NCBI RefSeq assembly: GCF_000179635.2
Contig: NC_014833.1
Coordinates: 1,380,001 to 1,412,000 of the forward strand
Origin: Ruminococcus albus 7 = DSM 20455
GTDB taxonomy: Bacteria; Bacillota; Clostridia; Oscillospirales; Ruminococcaceae
Direction of reading: 5' to 3'
DNA length: 32,000 bases
Shown here: piece after piece, positions 24,909-32,000 of the stretch
Layout: each line of letters starts with the position of its first letter
Position numbering within the stretch: the stretch's first letter is position 1
Position numbers and translations under genes: made by a program
The notes under the pieces: generated by a model
Told to the model about the DNA's origin: nothing
Database searches by the model: none
What the model saw: the letters and a program-made list of their open reading frames with translations, nothing else

Positions 24909-26309
24909 TTATTCAAGGTCATTTCGCTTGCGCTTTTTCTGCTGGTCACGGCTCCGTTCCTGACGGAGATACTGTTCGATCTCTCTTGCCGCCTCGGATA
25001 ACTCTCTTGCCTTCTGATCGACGGCTTTGTATTCTGCATTCTTCTGTACCCGTTGTGCAGTCAGATCAGCGATCATCTTCTCGAATTTCTCCACAGAAGG
25101 AGTAGTCCCATCGGGATACCATTCCAGTATTTTTTGTGTAAGCATATAATGCTCGGCAAGTGATTCACTATGTTCATTTTTATACTTTTCTTTTTTACGT
25201 CCGTTGAGCGCCATATATTCCTGATGTATCGGTTTCACCTCACGGTATTTGCGGAGCGTTTCTGCACGTTCTTCAAGCGACTTGATCTCACCTGAAATGT
25301 GGTTAAGATCCTGCACAAGTGCTACCCTTTTACTGAAAGCTGAAATGCCGGAAGTCTTGGCTTCATCAACCGTTACGCCGTACTTGGCAAGAATGTTCAG
25401 TGCCTTGCTTGTGATCTTCATATTCTCACGGTCAATGGCATCACGGATAAACTTGTTTTCTTCAGCCTTCGGGGAAATAACTCTAACTTTAGTTTTCGGA
25501 GTATAAAGCATTATGCCATTGTACTGTGCGATACGGGCTTTTATCTGCTCAGTCTCATAATACCAGCCCAGTGTTTTCGCCCTTGTGAATTTTGCACGGG
25601 AATTATTCTCTTTCTGCTCTGCAAGCATATATTTCAGGTCGATTTTATGGTCAGGATTATAATCGACAAGTATGCCGTACTCAGCGCATTTCAGAAGGAA
25701 ATCATCAAAATCTTTGCTGACCTTTACTACCTGATCTATGGCATATTTCAGCTTGGCTTTCCATGACAGACCTTGACGGGACATATCCCATTCCCAATGG
25801 CTCTTGCCTTTGCTCTGTTCGGGGTTCTGAATGATGGACAGATTGTTCTCACTGCATAGCTCGTCCGAGATGCGCCGAAGCTCTGCCCAGGCACGGTCTT
25901 TCTTATTGCCTTGATTATGCTCAGTTTCAAACGTTTTGCCCGTGATCATGTTCGTATTATTTACGATTATATGTGCGTGGATATGCTCATGATCTTCGTG
26001 TACGGCAATGACATATTGATACTGCTCTTGCAACAGTCTATGGCATAGTTCTTCTGCAATCTCCATAGCTTTTTCAGGAGTGACTTCTCCGGGAGAAAAG
26101 CTCTGAATTATGTGCTGTGCTTGGGTGGTGCTTCGTCCTGTTCCAAACCGTTGTCGGACAGCTCGGAATTGTTCGGCTGCTCGGACTGGTTCTGTCTCGC
26201 ACATAAAAGACTGGACAAGTGCATGACCTCTGGTCTTATTCCCGTCCACGATGTATTCAAGGCTGTCGCACACTGAACTCCTGATTGAATGTAGTTTAGT
26301 AACTGCCAA
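24909..26309 (-). CDS. Relaxase / mobilisation nuclease (MobA/VirD2-type domain)
   Basis: 466 aa with a TTG start. N-terminal LEYIVDGNKT (candidate Tyr region). Histidine triad HEDHEHIHAHIIVNN. Long helical C-terminal half. Confidence 0.88.
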   Translation of the reverse strand: MAVTKLHSIRSSVCDSLEYIVDGNKTRGHALVQSFMCETEPVRAAEQFRAVRQRFGTGRSTTQAQHIIQSFSPGEVTPEKAMEIAEELCHRLLQEQYQYVIAVHEDHEHIHAHIIVNNTNMITGKTFETEHNQGNKKDRAWAELRRISDELCSENNLSIIQNPEQSKGKSHWEWDMSRQGLSWKAKLKYAIDQVVKVSKDFDDFLLKCAEYGILVDYNPDHKIDLKYMLAEQKENNSRAKFTRAKTLGWYYETEQIKARIAQYNGIMLYTPKTKVRVISPKAEENKFIRDAIDRENMKITSKALNILAKYGVTVDEAKTSGISAFSKRVALVQDLNHISGEIKSLEERAETLRKYREVKPIHQEYMALNGRKKEKYKNEHSESLAEHYMLTQKILEWYPDGTTPSVEKFEKMIADLTAQRVQKNAEYKAVDQKARELSEAAREIEQYLRQERSRDQQKKRKRNDLE

Positions 26310-26758
26310 ATCTCGTTCACGCTCGCTTTCATTGTTGTAATATCTTCGCTGTAAGCACGTCCTGTTCCGTTCACTCTGCGGGCTACCTGATTCACATTCG
26401 CAGCAAGCCCACGAACTGCACCGACGATGTTCTTCATATCGTCCTGATCTATCATCAGAACATAGTGTGCTTTGGTGCAGTCACGGACATAGCTGGACTT
26501 TCTCATTTTAAGCAAATCAGCCTGCTTGCAGATATGCTCCCACTCCGTATCATTGAAGCGAATATTAAGAGTATGATTACGGCACTGATCCCGTCCGTCG
26601 ATATATTCCTGTTCGTCTGCTGTGAGATTATCGAGAGTGACCTTTTCAAGCACTCCGTCAAGCTCCTCTTTCAAACCATCACGAGTATAGTTCAGAGTAA
26701 GTTCCGCGCTGTCCTTGTGACCGTAATCACGCTTGTAGATTTTCTCTGCCTTTGTCAT
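26108..26758 (-). CDS. MobC-like relaxosome accessory protein with an unusually long C-terminal extension
   Basis: ATG at 26758 with AAAGGAAG RBS. The MobC signature is RKSSYVRDC...LAANVNQVARRVNGTG. The ORF only stops at 26108, about 200 nt inside the relaxase gene in another frame. Confidence 0.75.
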   Translation of the reverse strand: MTKAEKIYKRDYGHKDSAELTLNYTRDGLKEELDGVLEKVTLDNLTADEQEYIDGRDQCRNHTLNIRFNDTEWEHICKQADLLKMRKSSYVRDCTKAHYVLMIDQDDMKNIVGAVRGLAANVNQVARRVNGTGRAYSEDITTMKASVNEIWQLLNYIQSGVQCATALNTSWTGIRPEVMHLSSLLCARQNQSEQPNNSELSDNGLEQDEAPPKHST

Positions 26759-26840
26759 AAAATCTTCCTTTCGTTCCTGACCGCATCAGCGGTCTTTTTT
26801 ATTTAGGGGTCTTAGGGGAACTTTTCCCCTGACAAGCATC

Positions 26841-26880
26841 GTGTTTTGTTGCCCGTTTTCCGAAACGCGGCACAAAACAC
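26841..26880. promoter_or_regulatory. Candidate oriT inverted repeat upstream of mobC
   Basis: Imperfect 18-bp hairpin gtgttttgttgcccgttt-tccg-aaacgcggcacaaaacac. It lies 83-122 nt upstream of the mobC ATG. Neighbouring hairpins are at 26779-26794 and 26813-26829. Confidence 0.4.
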
Positions 26881-27231
26881 CGTGCTTGCAAACTGAGAGT
26901 GCCGATTTCATCGACACTTATATAATCCGCCTGCGGCGGTTGTTTTCTCGCTGTAATAGCGGGAATTCGGAGCGATAGCGACTCTATCTTTTTTTCGTCG
27001 CTCCTGCCGACGATTATATTGTAAAATTCCTCGGCGCAATTATTGCGCAAGTTGTGCGGCAGTTTGATGAAAATGTATCTTTATATATCTACCGAAGAAT
27101 TTATGGTTATGTTAATGTTTCTTCTGAGAATTTTCAGTATGTTTATAGCAGTTCTTCTCATTGCTTAAAATCAACAGCGAATTTATGTTTATATTGTGTA
27201 TAGAACTGTTGCATTTTTAAAATCAACTTAG

Positions 27232-27260
27232 TTGCATTTTCAATGATTATGTGGTATACT
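27232..27260 (+). promoter_or_regulatory. Strong sigma-A-type promoter for the CHAT gene
   Basis: TTGCAT (27232-27237), 17-nt spacer, TGgTATACT (-10 at 27255-27260). Confidence 0.6.
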
Positions 27261-27336
27261 TAATATGTAAGAAAAGGTATGTTCTTACTTATAAACGTTT
27301 CGCATTTTGGAGGAAGATAATATTTCGGAGGACTAT

Positions 27337-28389
27337 ATGGCTCTTATTGATACTTATAGAACAAATGTTGCAAAGAAAAGAGAGCAGTTTTCCAAACTGT
27401 TTTCAGAGAAAGCTAAGGAAAATGAAAAAATAGCTGCAGCAAGAACTAAAATTGAACGTGCCAGCGATGCTATAAGAAAAACAAATAGTTCAGCTACCAT
27501 TAAATCTAAAACCAATGATATAACCAGGGCTGAAAAAGACATCACAACGTCTGAGAAGAAAATTGCCGTTCTTGAAAAACAGATTGCAAAGCTTGAGAAG
27601 GAAATAGCTGATGAACAAAAGAAAGTTGAACGTGAAGAAAAGAAGATTCATGATCAACGGATTAAAGAGGAAGCCGAAATGCAGAAAAAAACACAACACC
27701 AGATTTTAGAGTTAAATAAAACAATTCAGCGTCATGCTGACATACATTCTAATTTGCAGAATCAAATAGATGAATTACAGAAATTACCTAAAACAATTAC
27801 TGTATTATTTTTAGCATCAAATCCCGTAGATACTCCTTCGCTACGGTTAGATGCTGAATGTCGAGCAATACAAGAAATGATTAGGAAGTCTGAATATAGG
27901 GACACAATAAAATTTGAATCAAGGTGGGCTGTACGAACTTCTGATCTTCTACAGGCTATAAATGAAGTTAATCCTGATATTATTCATTTTAGTGGTCATG
28001 GAGATGACGATGGTACGTTAGCATTTGAGAATCCTGACGGAGAATGTAAATTAGTTACAAAAGAAGCTATGGCACAAACTATTATGACACTTTCCGATAA
28101 GGTGCGTCTGATTTTCTTTAATGCTTGCTTTTCAGCTATTCAAGCGGAGAATATCGTAAAGTATGTAGATATAGCCATTGGAATGAACACTTCTATAGGC
28201 GATGAAGCGGCACTCGTATTTGCCTCTCAGTTTTATTCTTCTATAGGATTTGGTAAGAGTATAGAAGTATCTTTTAATCAAGCCAAAGCTGCTTTAATGT
28301 TAGAGGGTATTCCTGAAGAAACAACACCCGAATTGTTTGTTCGAGATGGATTGCAAGCTAACAGTATTATTTTAGTTCAACCAGAATAA
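27337..28389 (+). CDS. Coiled-coil - CHAT (caspase-like Cys protease) domain protein
   Basis: I prefer the ATG at 27337 (GGAGGA RBS 5 nt upstream) over the track TTG at 27307. The first 150 aa or so are Lys/Glu-rich coiled coil. The C-terminal half has the CHAT signature LFLASNP...LRLDAECRAIQ...PDIIHFSGHGDDDG...LIFFNACFS...AIGMNTSIGDEAALVFASQFY. The candidate dyad is His221 (27997-27999) and Cys264 (28126-28128). Confidence 0.8.
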   Translation: MALIDTYRTNVAKKREQFSKLFSEKAKENEKIAAARTKIERASDAIRKTNSSATIKSKTNDITRAEKDITTSEKKIAVLEKQIAKLEKEIADEQKKVEREEKKIHDQRIKEEAEMQKKTQHQILELNKTIQRHADIHSNLQNQIDELQKLPKTITVLFLASNPVDTPSLRLDAECRAIQEMIRKSEYRDTIKFESRWAVRTSDLLQAINEVNPDIIHFSGHGDDDGTLAFENPDGECKLVTKEAMAQTIMTLSDKVRLIFFNACFSAIQAENIVKYVDIAIGMNTSIGDEAALVFASQFYSSIGFGKSIEVSFNQAKAALMLEGIPEETTPELFVRDGLQANSIILVQPE

Positions 28390-28418
28390 CATCATCTATA
28401 AATCAGAAATATTTTCGT

Positions 28419-28465
28419 AAAAGCTGTGAAGCGGGATATACTTCCGCTCCGCAGCTTTTTATTAT
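28419..28465 (+). terminator. Rho-independent terminator after the CHAT gene
   Basis: About 15-bp stem (28419-28434 pairs with 28444-28459; one mismatch, one G-U), followed by a T-run. Confidence 0.7.
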
Positions 28466-28527
28466 TTCCGGACAAATTACACTGGGGAAAATGGAAATTT
28501 CACTAAAAGTTCGTGCGCAATTGCGGC

Positions 28528-28557
28528 TGGACAAACGGCTTCATTGCGCGCTATAAT
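28528..28557 (+). promoter_or_regulatory. Candidate promoter for the DUF4315-like/TnpW/recombinase block
   Basis: TGGACA (28528-28533), 18-nt spacer, TATAAT (28552-28557). The -10 region TGCGCGCTATAAT is repeated exactly at 29336-29348. Confidence 0.4.
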
Positions 28558-28626
28558 TTGATTGTGGAGATACCACGTCAAACACAAACAAAACAAGGAG
28601 AGAATAAAACGGAAGGAGGTGGCGGT

Positions 28627-28938
28627 ATGCTTACCTATGAACAGCAGACAGAAAAGCTCCTGAGCAAGCGTCAGGCGGTGCTTGACCGTATCGAGAGCGA
28701 CAAGGCTGAAATTGAGAAGATCAATGCCAAGCTGAATGCTATCCAGCTCGCTAAGATCAGGGACGCACTTGGCTGTGATGAGCAGGGACTTTTTGAGCTT
28801 ATTACAAAGCACCCTGAACAGCTTGCGAAGCTCAGACAGGATAGCATTGCCGAGAGAGATACAGATACATCTCAGGACGATGATGAGTTCGGTCAGCAGA
28901 TGAGCTTTACTGACAAGAAAAATCCTTATGAGGAATGA
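28627..28938 (+). CDS. Small coiled-coil protein, DUF4315-like (assignment from memory)
   Basis: ATG at 28627 with GGAAGGAGGTGG RBS. 103 aa (MLTYEQQTEKLLSKRQAVLDRIESDKAEIEKINAKL...). This is a typical neighbour of large serine recombinases in Clostridial elements. Confidence 0.55.
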   Translation: MLTYEQQTEKLLSKRQAVLDRIESDKAEIEKINAKLNAIQLAKIRDALGCDEQGLFELITKHPEQLAKLRQDSIAERDTDTSQDDDEFGQQMSFTDKKNPYEE

Positions 28939-28941
28939 CGA

Positions 28942-29004
28942 ATGATTGCTGTGATAATCGGGACGGCAGCAATGCTGTTCCGCACAGCTATCATAAAAGT
29001 ATAA
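28942..29004 (+). CDS. Possible 20-aa hydrophobic micro-ORF
   Basis: MIAVIIGTAAMLFRTAIIKV. GAGGA RBS 7 nt upstream. It starts 3 nt after the preceding stop. It is too short to judge. Confidence 0.25.
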   Translation: MIAVIIGTAAMLFRTAIIKV

Positions 29005-29091
29005 GGCAACAACAAAACGAGGGTAAGATAGAGAAAGCGAAGCCCTCACTCTATATGCGTAGAGATAGACAAGCAAAGGAGAAAGTTCGCT

Positions 29092-29301
29092 ATGAATAAT
29101 AAAGATAATATTGCCGTAGAAAATACGGCAATTGAAACTGTGTCCGAGTACAAGATCGGGCATACCCTTTACACGGTGACTACCGTGTTCAACCCTGCTT
29201 CAAAGGCAAGCCTTTCGGATATTCTGAAACGGCTCATAATCCGTGAGTGTGAGGATTTCCTCGGTGAATCCGGACAAGAACCCGAGAAGCAGGCTGTGTA
29301 A
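29092..29301 (+). CDS. TnpW-like small transposon-encoded protein (assignment from memory)
   Basis: 69 aa. AAAGGAG RBS. ...YKIGHTLYTVTTVFNPASKASLSDILKRLIIRE... resembles the small ORFs annotated TnpW next to TnpX-type recombinases. Confidence 0.5.
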   Translation: MNNKDNIAVENTAIETVSEYKIGHTLYTVTTVFNPASKASLSDILKRLIIRECEDFLGESGQEPEKQAV

Positions 29302-29319
29302 CTTTGGAATATCGGCGCA

Positions 29320-29348
29320 TTGTATTTATTTTCGGTGCGCGCTATAAT
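29320..29348 (+). promoter_or_regulatory. Candidate internal promoter for the serine recombinase gene
   Basis: TTGTAT (29320-29325), 17-nt spacer, TATAAT (29343-29348). It shares the 13-mer TGCGCGCTATAAT with 28545-28557. Confidence 0.35.
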
Positions 29349-29353
29349 GATAA

Positions 29354-31040
<1,687 letters not shown>

Positions 31041-31157
31041 TCATCTTAAAATCTTAAATACTTCTTTATCGGCGCTCCTCTAAAGCTCTCCTCCTTGGCA
31101 TTCTATCTTCAGCACAGCTAAATCACCCACTTATCAAAACTTTTACACCCCAGTCTC

Positions 31158-31186
31158 TTTACATTTATAAAAAAATATGCTATAAT
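31158..31186 (+). promoter_or_regulatory. Sigma-A-type promoter for speD
   Basis: TTTACA (31158-31163), 17-nt spacer, TGcTATAAT (-10 at 31181-31186). Confidence 0.6.
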
Positions 31187-31300
31187 GATTTGTAGTTTGC
31201 TGTAAGATGTTTACAGCATATCACCATACCATGTTCAACCACCGCAAACCCGCCTGTTTACGCGGCTTGCTTTAAATACACCGAAAGGATAGATGGCAGA

Positions 31301-32000
31301 TTGGAGAATAATAAGATCACCCTTTACGGCTTCAATAATCTTACCAAGACCCTCAGTTTTAATATCTACGATGTTTGCTACGCTAAAGGTCAGAAAGAAC
31401 AAAAGGATTATATCGAGTATATCGACGAGCAGTATAACTCCGAACGTCTTACCAAAATACTCTGCGACGTTACCGAGATGATCGGTGCCCGCGTGCTTAA
31501 TATTTCCAAACAGGATTATGAACCCCAGGGCGCTTCCGTGAATGTCCTCATAGCCGAAAAGGAGCTGGATAAGGATTCTATCGACCCCTCCTGCAATCTG
31601 GGCATTCTACCCGATACTCCCGAGATGATACACGCTCATCTGGATAAGAGTCATGTGACCGTGCACACCTTCCCCGAGTATCACCCCGATAACTCTATCT
31701 CCACTTTCCGCGTGGATATAGACGTATCTACCTGCGGTACTATATCTCCCCTTAATGCCCTGAATTATCTGATAGCCAGCTTCGATTCCGATATCATCAC
31801 CATCGACTACCGCGTTCGCGGATTCACCCGTGATGTGCTGGGCAAGAAGTTCTTCATCGACCACGATATCACTTCCATTCAGGATTATATCGATAAATCT
31901 ACCCTTACCAAGTATGATGCCATCGATGTCAATGTATATCAGTCAAATATTTTTCACACCAAGCTGCTGATAAAGGAGATCGACCTCCAGAACTACCTGT
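31301..32000 (+). CDS. speD: S-adenosylmethionine decarboxylase proenzyme, E. coli type (5' part; runs off the right edge)
   Basis: Absent from the ORF track because it is edge-truncated. The TTG start at 31301 gives (M)[29 protein letters not shown]...[16 protein letters not shown]...[15 protein letters not shown]...[23 protein letters not shown]...[13 protein letters not shown]...IFHTKLL. This is near-colinear with my memory of E. coli SpeD, including the LDKS-H processing site. Confidence 0.9.
   Translation, partial: MENNKITLYGFNNLTKTLSFNIYDVCYAKGQKEQKDYIEYIDEQYNSERLTKILCDVTEMIGARVLNISKQDYEPQGASVNVLIAEKELDKDSIDPSCNLGILPDTPEMIHAHLDKSHVTVHTFPEYHPDNSISTFRVDIDVSTCGTISPLNALNYLIASFDSDIITIDYRVRGFTRDVLGKKFFIDHDITSIQDYIDKSTLTKYDAIDVNVYQSNIFHTKLLIKEIDLQNYL

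Noticed and set aside
26799-27050. 83-aa minus-strand ORF upstream of mobC
   Set aside because: It lies across the hairpin-rich oriT-like region. It has no RBS and is more plausibly non-coding.
27067-27168. 33-aa hydrophobic micro-ORF (MKMYLYISTEEFMVMLMFLLRIFSMFIAVLLIA) upstream of the CHAT promoter; possible type I toxin-like peptide
   Set aside because: There is no convincing RBS or promoter, and the AT-rich intergenic DNA easily yields such ORFs. It is worth a look only if ribosome profiling or homologue conservation supports it.
28477-29163. 228-aa minus-strand ORF spanning the DUF4315-like/TnpW-like region
   Set aside because: It crosses two plus-strand genes that have strong RBSs, as well as an intergenic promoter. 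Its sequence is hydrophobic and featureless, and it has no RBS.
31187-31300. Possible riboswitch or attenuator in the speD leader
   Set aside because: I see only short imperfect hairpins (gctgtaa/ttacagc and gcaa.cccgc/gcgg.ttgc). I see no signature of a SAM-class or other known riboswitch, and there is no clear terminator/antiterminator alternative. The evidence is insufficient.
31293-31481. 62-aa plus-strand track ORF starting at the ATG at 31293
   Set aside because: It is out of frame with the unmistakable SpeD reading frame, which starts at the TTG at 31301 and continues to the window edge.

Overview
This 32-kb chromosomal window reads like a Clostridia-class Firmicute. The taxon is inference only, from AGGAGG-type RBSs and a Clostridial mobilisable-transposon gene set.

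- **1-10.1 kb, core-like.** It holds an edge-truncated zinc-ribbon protein, an SPFH/YdjI-like protein and a small membrane protein. It also holds a Hanks-type Ser/Thr kinase with an unusual extracellular array of 7 x 26-aa His/Cys repeats. The rest are a minimal GGDEF protein, a frameshifted NSS-family Na+ symporter, a Ser/Glu-rich lipoprotein and an ABC-F ATPase.
- **10.18-10.92 kb, non-coding.** This is a dense block of nested inverted repeats.
- **11.0-22.6 kb, defence island on the minus strand.**
  - (i) An AT-rich class-2 OLD/Gabija-like pair (ATPase-Toprim nuclease plus UvrD-like helicase). The nuclease gene is split by an IS5-family insertion with intact 15-bp inverted repeats and a CTAA target duplication.
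  - (ii) A translationally coupled pair: an HKD(PLD)-nuclease-SNF2 ATPase fusion and a 1093-aa gamma-class N6-adenine methyltransferase with a Type ISP/MmeI-like C-terminus. It looks like a split, PLD-armed Type ISP-like or DISARM-related restriction-modification module. This is my top candidate for an under-described system. The methyltransferase gene carries a sharply bounded, roughly 1.1-kb low-GC cassette over its post-NPPY/target-recognition part.
- **22.8-31.1 kb, mobilisable integrative element.** It encodes a tyrosine integrase, an SSB-like protein, MobC plus relaxase, a putative oriT, DUF4315-like and TnpW-like proteins, and a large serine recombinase. Its only cargo is a coiled-coil-CHAT (caspase-like) protease gene with its own promoter and terminator.
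- **Right edge.** The window ends in the 5' part of speD (E. coli-type S-adenosylmethionine decarboxylase). The ORF track misses it because it is edge-truncated.

All family assignments come from motifs read by eye and remembered family signatures. No database search was possible.
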